NCBI RefSeq assembly: GCF_000015945.1
Contig: NC_009033.1
Location: forward strand, 840,001 to 872,000
DNA from: Staphylothermus marinus F1
GTDB taxonomy: Archaea > Thermoproteota > Thermoprotei_A > Sulfolobales > Desulfurococcaceae
Reading direction: 5' to 3'
Length of the DNA: 32,000 bases
This document shows, one piece after another, positions 17,109-25,316 of the stretch. The notes below the pieces were generated by a model. The model did not search any database. It was given only the letters and a program-made list of their open reading frames with translations, and had not been told where the DNA came from. Positions within the stretch are counted from its first letter, which is position 1. Every line of letters starts with the position of its first letter. The position numbers and the translations under genes were made by a program.

Positions 17109-17396
17109 ATGCCTAAAAAAAGGGAAAGCAGAGGAAGACATAAAGGTGCAAAAGGAAAGGTAGGCTATGTACAATGTGATAATTGTGGAAGAATTGTTCC
17201 AAGAGATAAAGCAATATGTATTACGAGATGGTATAGCCCAGTAAGTCCACAGCTTGCTCAAGAACTCGAGAAGAAAGGCGCCATAATAATGAAGTACCCA
17301 GTAACGAAATGTTATTGTGTATCATGTGCAGTACATTTAGGCATAGTAAAGGTTCGACCAGAACATGAGAGAAAACCTAAACCCCAGCCGATATAA
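17109..17396 (+). CDS. rps26e: Ribosomal protein S26e (eS26)
   Basis: MPKKRESRGRHKGAKGKVGYVQCDNCGRIVPRDKAI...CVSCAVH. The ORF track begins at TTG 17091, but the conserved N-terminus is at ATG 17109. Confidence 0.9.
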   Translation: MPKKRESRGRHKGAKGKVGYVQCDNCGRIVPRDKAICITRWYSPVSPQLAQELEKKGAIIMKYPVTKCYCVSCAVHLGIVKVRPEHERKPKPQPI

Positions 17397-17859
17397 TAAG
17401 AGATTTCTATTTATAGAGTATAAGCCTTTATTTAACAGATACGACATTATTAATAGAATAAAATCTTATACAAAACTTCTCACATATTTTAAACAAATAG
17501 GTGTAATATACTATAAGAAAAACAAATATGTTCTCGAAATAATAAGTAAAAATACAGTATCAACTTATCCTGGACAAATCCATATCCTCATAGATATGTT
17601 CTTAAAAAACTGCCGTGTGCCAATTATATATTTCACAGAGAATGGAGTATATAATCTAAGTATTATCAGTAACGCTGAATGCTATATATCGGGTTTGCAC
17701 ACAGATATTCCAGATACTATAGCTGAATATATACGCAAAAAATATCTAGTTATAGAAACAATGCTGTCAAAAATAAATTATTTAGCATCACAAGTTCTCA
17801 TAATAACTGAACTATTGCAATCAAATAATGATATATTTTATTTACTCCCTAAGCAATAG
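17365..17859 (+). CDS. Hypothetical protein with no recognisable family
   Basis: 164-codon ORF in a very AT-rich stretch, where such a length is unlikely by chance. Its only plausible start, ATG 17365, overlaps the rps26e end by 32 nt. Composition is rich in I/Y/N/K. Confidence 0.5.
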   Translation: MRENLNPSRYNKRFLFIEYKPLFNRYDIINRIKSYTKLLTYFKQIGVIYYKKNKYVLEIISKNTVSTYPGQIHILIDMFLKNCRVPIIYFTENGVYNLSIISNAECYISGLHTDIPDTIAEYIRKKYLVIETMLSKINYLASQVLIITELLQSNNDIFYLLPKQ

Positions 17860-17909
17860 AATACCTAGCAAAACCATAAAATCTATGAATAAGCAGAGGG
17901 TGTTTATAC

Positions 17910-18233
17910 ATGCCTAAACTAAAGAAAATAATTTTGGTGACCGCAACACATCATCCCTATCATAATCTATGGAGTAAACTAGCAGAAGAAATTGCATCAA
18001 AACATAATGTTGAACTAGAAGTAAAGCATGAAGACTATGTATTCTTGATAGAGCATGGAGATACTGATGAGTATGGAATGGCTTGGGTTCCTCAAATTCT
18101 AGCAGAATTCGATGATGGAACAATAAAAGTCCTATTATCCCAACTACCATTAAACGAAGCATTACAACCTGATGCTGAGAAAGCAATTGAAATAATGACT
18201 GAAAAGATTAAGAAATATGAAGGAAAAAGCTAA
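17910..18233 (+). CDS. Thioredoxin/glutaredoxin-fold-like small protein lacking redox cysteines (HPYH in place of CPYC)
   Basis: 107 aa. The beta-alpha-beta start KKIILVTATHHPYHNLWSKLAEEIA aligns in pattern with glutaredoxin-like ..TSPTCPYCP... A cis-Pro-like WVPQ follows, then DDG. Confidence 0.45.
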   Translation: MPKLKKIILVTATHHPYHNLWSKLAEEIASKHNVELEVKHEDYVFLIEHGDTDEYGMAWVPQILAEFDDGTIKVLLSQLPLNEALQPDAEKAIEIMTEKIKKYEGKS

Positions 18234-18316
18234 CATCGAAGATAATAATTCTACAAAATCCTATGAAACATAAGTTTTTAGTTATCCACTACATTCATTT
18301 AATTGGTGAACACAGT

Positions 18317-18799
18317 ATGCCTTATCACGTACCATATGTGCCCACCCCAATACCTGTTGCTAGAATGATGTTAAAACTAGCGGGAGCAGGGCCCGACGAT
18401 ATAGTCTATGATCTCGGTTGTGGCGATGGAAGAATATTGATAGTAGCTGTGAAAGAATTCAACGTCAAAAAAGCTGTGGGAATAGATAAGGACCCTGAAA
18501 GAATAAGAGAGGCAAGAAAAAATGCTGAGAAAAACGGAGTATCTAATAGGATAGTTCTCATAAATGATGATTTCTTTAACGTAGACATAAGCGAAGCTAC
18601 TATAGTAACAATGTTTCTTCTCACCATAGTAAACGAGGCTCTAAAACCTAAACTAGAAAAAGAATTAATAGATGGAGCACGAATTGTTAGCCACGAATTC
18701 AGAATACCTGGGTGGAAGCCTTTCAAGGTTGTAGATGTTAAAGATAATACTGGTTTAACTCATACCATCTATCTCTATATTAAAGGTAAACACAAATAA
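18317..18799 (+). CDS. SAM-dependent methyltransferase, crenarchaeal protein lysine methyltransferase aKMT-like
   Basis: MPYHVPYVPTP...IVYDLGCGDGRILI...ISEATIVTMFLL...LKPKLEKEL...VSHEF. This is close to the Sulfolobus aKMT sequence as I recall it. The ORF track starts at 18263, but GGTGA precedes ATG 18317, which matches the family N-terminus. Confidence 0.7.
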   Translation: MPYHVPYVPTPIPVARMMLKLAGAGPDDIVYDLGCGDGRILIVAVKEFNVKKAVGIDKDPERIREARKNAEKNGVSNRIVLINDDFFNVDISEATIVTMFLLTIVNEALKPKLEKELIDGARIVSHEFRIPGWKPFKVVDVKDNTGLTHTIYLYIKGKHK

Positions 18800-18807
18800 T
18801 TCAAGAA

Positions 18808-19596
18808 CTAAGCGCTAATTTTTCTGGCAAAAACAATATAGCCTGTATGCCCTATCATCAAAGTATAAGGACGAGTTGCATTCTTTTCGACACTATATTC
18901 TCTCAACAATACCTCATAGACATGTATATCTATGAATCCACCGTGTTCTCTCATTGATAAAACAGTTTTCTCGATTTGATTCACTGTAGGAACATATATG
19001 AGTATCGGCGAAGAAGGCTTTAATGCTCTATATGCAGTATTCAGGGCATTCCAGGGATCAGGTAGATCGTAAAAAACAGCATCAAATACCTCATCAACAA
19101 CTATGGATTCCTCTCTAATATCGCCCAAAATAAGTTCAACTCTTCTATCAAAACCTAGTTTTTCGAGATTCTCGCTAGCCTTTAATAAATGATCCTCTCG
19201 TATATCAAATCCTATAATTTTCCCCGAATCACCTACGAAATTAGCTAATGATGCTGTTAAGAACCCAGAACCAACACCAGCTTCTAGAACTAGTGAACCA
19301 GGAGTAATGCTTGAAAGATATATCATTAATGAAGAGTCTTTAGGATATATTATCTGCGTAACTCTCTTCAATCCTTGCAATAAGTCTATGAGTAGAGGCT
19401 TTAAAATATAAGCCTTAACATTACGATTAGTATAAATAATATCTCCATATTTTTTACCAATTATATCTTCGTGTTTTATAAAGCCTTTATCTGTACCTAA
19501 GATTTTGCCTTCTTCAAGCTTTACGAGATATTTTCGTTTAGAATCGATATATATAAGGGCTAGGTCTCCATAATTTAGGCTATTATTAACGCTCAT
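18808..19596 (-). CDS. trmI: tRNA (adenine-N1-)-methyltransferase TrmI (GCD14 family, m1A57/58)
   Basis: 262 aa with an N-terminal beta domain (LIYIDSKRKYLVKLEEGK...GFIKHEDIIGK), then IIYPKDSSLM and the SAM motif VLEAGVGSGFLT. Confidence 0.8.
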   Translation of the reverse strand: MSVNNSLNYGDLALIYIDSKRKYLVKLEEGKILGTDKGFIKHEDIIGKKYGDIIYTNRNVKAYILKPLLIDLLQGLKRVTQIIYPKDSSLMIYLSSITPGSLVLEAGVGSGFLTASLANFVGDSGKIIGFDIREDHLLKASENLEKLGFDRRVELILGDIREESIVVDEVFDAVFYDLPDPWNALNTAYRALKPSSPILIYVPTVNQIEKTVLSMREHGGFIDIHVYEVLLREYSVEKNATRPYTLMIGHTGYIVFARKISA

Positions 19597-19753
19597 AACA
19601 GATCATCTTCGGTCCTGGTGTCAGTCATCATCTAAGCAATTCAGTAATACCAACCATCCACATCCGGTGAAATAATATTTTTAGAGGTTTAATTTAAGTT
19701 TCTATAAAAATACTTAGGAATAGGTGTATTGTGGAATGGTTGAGAATACACCA

Positions 19754-20206
19754 ATGTATTTGATGAGTATTAAACCTAAATATGCCTATAGAATATTTAC
19801 CAATATAAAGAAGTTTGAGCTTAGGAAATGGTTTGGAGTAACGCCCGAGAAAGGATCGATTATAGTAGTCTATGCAAGTGGCTCAGTTAGAGCTATTATA
19901 GGCGAGTTCAGAGTAGGACGTATTATTTCAGGTAAACCTTCTCATATATGGGATAAATTATCCTTGTTCGAAGAAACAGGTGTGAGCGAGGAAGACTACC
20001 AGTATATTAAAGGTTCAAAAATGGCGATGGCTTTAGAAGTTATCGATCCCAAACTATATATTAAGCCTATCACACTGGATGAGATAAGATCAATTATACC
20101 AGGATTTATGCCGCCATTCAGCTTTAGAAGACTCTACACGGATGAACCGCTATATGAATTGATTATTAGAAAAGCACGTGAATACTTATATATGAAAACT
20201 ATGTAG
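19754..20206 (+). CDS. ASCH (PUA-like) domain protein
   Basis: (MYL)MSIKPKYAYRIFTNIKKFELRK...VVYASGSVRAIIGEFRVG is typical of an ASCH N-terminus. The ORF track start GTG 19724 lies inside a hairpin, so ATG 19754 or 19763 is more likely. Confidence 0.55.
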   Translation: MYLMSIKPKYAYRIFTNIKKFELRKWFGVTPEKGSIIVVYASGSVRAIIGEFRVGRIISGKPSHIWDKLSLFEETGVSEEDYQYIKGSKMAMALEVIDPKLYIKPITLDEIRSIIPGFMPPFSFRRLYTDEPLYELIIRKAREYLYMKTM

Positions 20207-20212
20207 GAATTT

Positions 20213-20398
20213 CTAGAATTCTGATTCTCTAATCCATAACTCCTTCTTTAAAAGATCCCTTATAGCTACACGTATTACTTCACTTCTACTACTATACCTT
20301 CCTATCTTAACTAGTTCATCTAATCCTTCAACATATATTTCGGGCATTTTAACAGTTATTAATCTCATTTTAGCTATTGCACCAGCCATCCATATCAC
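20213..20398 (-). CDS. Ribbon-helix-helix (CopG/NikR-N family) DNA-binding protein
   Basis: [40 protein letters not shown] is a classic RHH pattern. The true start may be the internal Met at 20368. Confidence 0.7.
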   Translation of the reverse strand: MIWMAGAIAKMRLITVKMPEIYVEGLDELVKIGRYSSRSEVIRVAIRDLLKKELWIRESEF

Positions 20399-20443
20399 CG
20401 TTGTATTTATTGATTAGTGAAAATTTATAAATGAGGGGACAGG

Positions 20444-21127
20444 TTATTTCCTAGAAAGTGTATTTAAAATTTTCGCTCTAATTTCACTAACATTCATTTT
20501 ATCGAAGGGAACAATTCTGCCTTTATATGTTTTAGGCAAGGGATCTGTTGCAATCATGGCTTCACTAACAATGCCCATAAACTCTACTGGTGGAAGAATA
20601 GCTACACCTCTCACTTCTCCTTTCCTAATATTAGGGATATTTGTTATAACTGTAAGACCAATTTTTTCAGTGCCGCATTTTAGCACCCATAACTTATCCG
20701 CTGATGGATGTTTCTGAACAAGCAATATTTCGACTCCAATAACATCTATAGCATATTCTGGCAGATTTTGTTCTCCAAATCTAAGCCTATGTTTTAATCC
20801 CATGAGTATCCATAGAGAATACCTTATCTCACTAATAAGTAATTGAAGCTTAGACTTTTTAGATCCTATATGCTTTTTAGGTAATAGCATTTTAGATAAT
20901 TCCATTGAATAATTTATTATTTCATCTAGCTCCCGCATCCTTAATAGTAAAGTTACTGGTAGAAAGCTATATTTTAACCTCATAATTCTAGACTTTATCT
21001 CATCAATAATTGATAATGCTCTATTTTTATTAATGTGGTGTGGAAGTTGCCCGGAAGTAATAATTTTTCTAAGTCTATTAATTGCATCCTCTGCAATGAT
21101 GAATCTATAATCATTTGCAGTATCCAT
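20444..21127 (-). CDS. Protein with a C-terminal tRNA-binding (Trbp111/EMAP/CsaA-type OB) domain and an uncharacterised helical N-terminal domain
   Basis: 227 aa. The C-terminal VEILLVQKHPSADKLWVLKCGTEKIGLTVITNIPNIRKGEVRGVAILPP...GIVSEAMI matches the tRNA_bind domain pattern (HPnADKL...G...SEGM). The roughly 125 N-terminal residues are helical and belong to no family I recognise. Confidence 0.6.
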   Translation of the reverse strand: MDTANDYRFIIAEDAINRLRKIITSGQLPHHINKNRALSIIDEIKSRIMRLKYSFLPVTLLLRMRELDEIINYSMELSKMLLPKKHIGSKKSKLQLLISEIRYSLWILMGLKHRLRFGEQNLPEYAIDVIGVEILLVQKHPSADKLWVLKCGTEKIGLTVITNIPNIRKGEVRGVAILPPVEFMGIVSEAMIATDPLPKTYKGRIVPFDKMNVSEIRAKILNTLSRK

Positions 21128-21169
21128 AACCAGCCGATCTCCTCTATGTTTATCTATGAAAACTATGTT

Positions 21170-22642
21170 TTAACTGGTTAATAACTCGACCACTATTCTC
21201 CACAAATATTTGAATAATTTATACCAATCATTTAGAACATATAGAATCTTTTCTTTTTGTACTATTATATACGTGGTTAAAGGCGCTAGAAATGAGTATA
21301 CGAATGGAGCTAATTGTACACTATAAAAACTATATTGCGTTCGTCCTCCAATAATCCATAATAGTATATAGCCAGATAGGATTCCCAGCAAAAATAACCA
21401 TGAATAAGATGTCTTCCTATCAATTCTATAAGCAGGAATAAATAGGATGCTAAAAGCCAACGCTAACGCCCATAAAGGCCAGTATCCAAGTGCTACTAGT
21501 TTGTCGTTGCTAGAAATATAGTATAGGACAAACCCGTTGGCCCCTAAAAACCAGTCCCAAGGCGCCGAACTAGCGGGACAAGCAGCTCCTGCACATTTAA
21601 CGCTAGTATGCCATTTGATAGCTCCAAAAATGGATTGGTTAAGCCACGATTCGAAGCCTATAATGTTTATTATAGGTATTGATATCAATGCTTGAATCGC
21701 TAGAAATGATCCGAAGGTTACTAGGAAGAATAGAGTAGTGTAATAGATGAAGTTAATAAAACTATTATCTTTTTTCAATTCTCTCCGAATATAAAGTAAA
21801 TACACAGGTATTAATACAAATAATGTATTAAATTTAGCTGTAGAGCCTATTATTGCTAATAAAATTGAAAACATGTATTTACGAGTGATAGCTAGATAAA
21901 AAGTGATCACAGAAAACAACGCTACAAATACATCTAATAAAGCAATACTCGATAAATACCTCATAATAGGATCTACGGAGACGAGAAGAGATGCTATGAG
22001 ACCTAACCAAGGATTATTAGTTAGTTTACGAATAGAAAGAAACACAAAGAATACAATAAGGGCACCTGCAATAATATTGGGAACCCGCCAGTAAAGGGGA
22101 TAATCTCCTAGGTATAAAATAGATAATGCTATCAAATACTTAACAAGTGGGGGGTGCTCAAGGTTTAAATACTCATTTATACCATCTGCATCTGGTATTC
22201 TCCAACCATAAACTATATCGCTAATACTATAATACTCAGATATGTTTTGTATGAAAGCATTAATGTTGTTTAAATTATTGGATTCAACATAGAATGCTTT
22301 TATTTTATGATAATTTTCGTCTACAACCGAGACATTATATTTTATAGCAATTTTTCTAATCCATGCAATCTCTATGTTTCCATTATAAATAATGCTGGCA
22401 CCATATTTTCCTCCAGGTAAACTAGGTATTATTCCTAGAGTTTTCCTTAGAATGTTGCGAGCACTGGGAACATACCAAACTTCATCTGATACATATCCCT
22501 TACCATGCCTCTCTATTTCCATCTGTGTCAATTTTAAGGCTAGTGAATAATATTGAAAAGCCGCAAATAAGACTATTATCAGGAGAAAAACATATATTGC
22601 CATATTGTATTTGTCGGTCAACGCATCATCTACCCCCCACAA
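21170..22642 (-). CDS. GT-C fold membrane glycosyltransferase (PMT/ArnT-like, GT39/GT83 type)
   Basis: 490 aa and polytopic. The loop motif LEHPPLVKYLIALSILYLG is typical of dolichyl-phosphate-mannose/ArnT-type transferases. TTG start at 22642, with ATG 22603 as an alternative. Confidence 0.65.
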   Translation of the reverse strand: MWGVDDALTDKYNMAIYVFLLIIVLFAAFQYYSLALKLTQMEIERHGKGYVSDEVWYVPSARNILRKTLGIIPSLPGGKYGASIIYNGNIEIAWIRKIAIKYNVSVVDENYHKIKAFYVESNNLNNINAFIQNISEYYSISDIVYGWRIPDADGINEYLNLEHPPLVKYLIALSILYLGDYPLYWRVPNIIAGALIVFFVFLSIRKLTNNPWLGLIASLLVSVDPIMRYLSSIALLDVFVALFSVITFYLAITRKYMFSILLAIIGSTAKFNTLFVLIPVYLLYIRRELKKDNSFINFIYYTTLFFLVTFGSFLAIQALISIPIINIIGFESWLNQSIFGAIKWHTSVKCAGAACPASSAPWDWFLGANGFVLYYISSNDKLVALGYWPLWALALAFSILFIPAYRIDRKTSYSWLFLLGILSGYILLWIIGGRTQYSFYSVQLAPFVYSFLAPLTTYIIVQKEKILYVLNDWYKLFKYLWRIVVELLTS

Positions 22643-22649
22643 AAACTAT

Positions 22650-22663
22650 ATTGTTCAAACAAT
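22650..22663. promoter_or_regulatory. Perfect palindrome ATTGTTcaAACAAT between a TATA-like element and the GT-C gene start (candidate operator)
   Basis: 6-bp arms with a 2-bp spacer, 8 nt upstream of TTG 22642. On the minus strand, CTAATAATT lies about 26 nt upstream of that start. Confidence 0.3.
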
Positions 22664-22757
22664 GAATTATTAGCAACCGTTATTGATTAATATTCTCCGC
22701 AAATTAATTATTATTAGTTTAATTGATGATTCAATACATTTACTGCGTGAGTAAGCA

Positions 22758-24128
22758 ATGATTAAAATACTATTCAGGAGAAGATTCTATGATGTATTAT
22801 TAGTAATTACTATTTCTGCTTTATTTTTAATCTCATTCATAGTTCATATGCCGGTTGAATCGCAGAAGATATTATTTGGTAAAACAATAGTTGAAACCCC
22901 TGTTTATAGTGATTTCGTAGCTAACTATAGATCGATCTTTATGAATAATAATGCTTGTAAAAATGTTCTGGCTAATAAAGCTGTTTCAACGATGTGGTTC
23001 GATAATAATGTATTTAAAAAATATTGTCATGGATCAATGTTTTATCCTATACCATATATTCATTACTACATAGATTTACCTCCGTTAACAGGTGTTGTTT
23101 GGTTTATTTCTACATATACTGCATACATTACTGGTTCACACACTAGAGGTAATCCTCTATTTTCTATAGAGGGATTAACTACTGCATATGTTACACATAG
23201 CATTATCATGTTCGTTTCACTAATGGTTTTCCTATATTTTTATAGGAAAACACTATTTAGAAGAGGAATCACAGGCTATAAGAATTATCTATTATTAATA
23301 ACATCGTCGCTCATCGTCTATGGAGTGTATGGATGGGAATTGTTTGCTTTGGTATTCTTATTTGTTTTTCTCTATGAAGCAATAGTTTCAAAAGATTCTA
23401 TTATTCCATATGTTTTTCTAGGATTGTTTTCTTCTGCTTATTATTTAGGTCTTGTCCTTGTAATTTATTATCTATACAAGTTCTTCCTTAACAAAGGAGT
23501 TATGAGTAACAAGTTTTTAACTGGTTTGGGAATAGGTTTATTGCCCTATCTCGCATTATTGTTATTATCTCCTCAAAGCATGGCTACTTGGTATAATAAT
23601 TTATTAAATAATTTGGGATGTAATAACTGTATATACGTATTTATAAGCAATAATTTGAATGATCAGTATTTAAGAGCTATAGCATATATCGTTATTTCTG
23701 CACTATTTGTTATTTATTCAACACTACTATCTCTAGATGAGGACCCAACTATTGAAACCACTATTATATTAATGGTTACTGTTGTTTTCAACATAGTATT
23801 TTTGCCGCAAACACTTCTCATATTGCAACCATTACTAATACTCCTTGCTACGAGATTAAGAGATATAATAACATACTACAGCATAGACATATTGAATTCA
23901 GGAATAATATTATTGTGGTTTAAAGATTTTGAATTGCGAAAATACCTAGAGTTTCTAGGATTGCCTCTCAAGCAGAGCCCGACGACAATAGATTCGCCAG
24001 TACAGTGGATTGCACAGACTAGAAATATCTTATTAATATTGTTTCTCCTATCTATAACGATGAGTTATATTAATAAACACCGAGAACAACTCAGAAAATA
24101 TATAGGGAGAGGAGCCGGGGTCGCCTAG
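22758..24128 (+). CDS. Polytopic membrane protein, possible second GT-C glycosyltransferase (DUF2029/GT87-like)
   Basis: 456 aa with about 11-12 hydrophobic segments. An early loop, PYIHYYIDLPPLTGVVWF, resembles the YPPL-type loop of DUF2029. It is divergent from the PMT-like gene. Its last 16 nt overlap tRNA-Ser. Confidence 0.45.
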   Translation: MIKILFRRRFYDVLLVITISALFLISFIVHMPVESQKILFGKTIVETPVYSDFVANYRSIFMNNNACKNVLANKAVSTMWFDNNVFKKYCHGSMFYPIPYIHYYIDLPPLTGVVWFISTYTAYITGSHTRGNPLFSIEGLTTAYVTHSIIMFVSLMVFLYFYRKTLFRRGITGYKNYLLLITSSLIVYGVYGWELFALVFLFVFLYEAIVSKDSIIPYVFLGLFSSAYYLGLVLVIYYLYKFFLNKGVMSNKFLTGLGIGLLPYLALLLLSPQSMATWYNNLLNNLGCNNCIYVFISNNLNDQYLRAIAYIVISALFVIYSTLLSLDEDPTIETTIILMVTVVFNIVFLPQTLLILQPLLILLATRLRDIITYYSIDILNSGIILLWFKDFELRKYLEFLGLPLKQSPTTIDSPVQWIAQTRNILLILFLLSITMSYINKHREQLRKYIGRGAGVA

Positions 24129-24197
24129 CCTGGTAGGGCGCCGGCCTGCTAAGCCGGTGGGGTGGTTCCCCGCGCGGGTTCAAATCCCGCCCCCGGC
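24113..24197 (+). tRNA. tRNA-Ser(GCU), type II, no intron
   Basis: Acceptor GCCGGGG/CCCCGGC. Anticodon stem CCGGC/GCCGG with loop CTGCTAA. 15-nt variable arm TGGGGTGGTTCCCCG. T arm GCGGGTTCAAATCCCGC. Discriminator G. Confidence 0.9.
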
Positions 24198-24313
24198 GCC
24201 TTCTATGATTCTAAAAGAATAATTGTTTCTAACCAATCTAACCCGGTAGATAAAACACGATATTATATTTAGTAATTTTTAACAATCAATATTTTTATCA
24301 GCAAATATTCGGT

Positions 24314-25300
24314 GTGAGAATGGTTCACTATAAGAGTATACTATTAATTGCTAGTGGCGGCGGACACACAGGTTACATTGTCGGTGTTGCTGAGAAACTT
24401 CGTAGTAAAAGTAGTGAATTAACTATTGATATCGTTATTCCATGCGGTGATTTATGGAGTCAGACATTATTGGAGAAATATGCTGATAGAATATTATGTG
24501 TTCCGAAGCCTCGTTTGCCTGGAGAAAATTTTGTTCAACTACTACGTAATATTCCATCCGCCATATATTATTCGCTCAGAAGAATCAAACAATATAATAT
24601 AGTTGTTGCCAGTGGAAGCAACCACTCTTTAGCACCAGCTCTTATATCAATGCTTAAAGGTAGTAAACTCTATGTTATAGAGAGCCATGATAGATTTGTT
24701 ACGAAAGGAAAAACTGTTGCATTATTATCGAGTATTGGTGGAGAAACAGTTCTACACTGGGATGAGCAGAAGAAACTTTATCCAAGAGGACACGTTTTTG
24801 GACCAATTGTTAGACAGAAGAAATATGAGAGTATAGATAAAGGATACATTTTAGCAATAGGCGGTTTTGAAGGGAATAAGAAACTATATGATATACTGGT
24901 TGAGACAGAGCTGGAAAACGTTGTTCTCCAAACAGGCCGTGTCGACCCGGAAATATATAGGTCTAAGAGACCTGAATGGATAGTTTTCCGTTTCGACCCA
25001 GACCTTGATAAATGGATTGCTGGAGCCAAAGTCGTCATAGGACATAATAGTGTCACCATACTTGAAGCAGCTGTAACTTATAGGAAGCCCGTTGTTCTCT
25101 TATGGAACCCGAAGTGGAAAGCCGCCGCTACAAAGAAGGATGTAGAAATATTTGCTAGAAAAATTAATGGTGTATTTCTAGATGAGCTTTCAAGAGATAA
25201 ATTACTGGATGCTATAGAGAAAGCAATTAAAAATAAACCTCCACAATATATGAACGGAGCAGATAAATTCGCTGAATATTTGATAGAAAATATAGTGTAG
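24314..25300 (+). CDS. MurG/Alg13-Alg14-like GT28 glycosyltransferase (Agl24-like, candidate N-glycan chitobiose synthase)
   Basis: 328 aa with the N-terminal LLIASGGGHTGY (GGxGGH-type) motif and an acidic VIESHDR segment. The two-Rossmann-domain size is as described for crenarchaeal Agl24. The start is GTG 24314 or ATG 24320. Confidence 0.55.
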   Translation: MRMVHYKSILLIASGGGHTGYIVGVAEKLRSKSSELTIDIVIPCGDLWSQTLLEKYADRILCVPKPRLPGENFVQLLRNIPSAIYYSLRRIKQYNIVVASGSNHSLAPALISMLKGSKLYVIESHDRFVTKGKTVALLSSIGGETVLHWDEQKKLYPRGHVFGPIVRQKKYESIDKGYILAIGGFEGNKKLYDILVETELENVVLQTGRVDPEIYRSKRPEWIVFRFDPDLDKWIAGAKVVIGHNSVTILEAAVTYRKPVVLLWNPKWKAAATKKDVEIFARKINGVFLDELSRDKLLDAIEKAIKNKPPQYMNGADKFAEYLIENIV

Positions 25301-25316
25301 AAATGAGGGTTAATAA

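Noticed and set aside
19621-19635. C-box-like ATGATGA on the minus strand in the trmI upstream region
   Set aside because: The CTGA abuts the C box directly. No properly spaced D box follows, and the downstream sequence runs into the trmI start. It is not a credible C/D sRNA.
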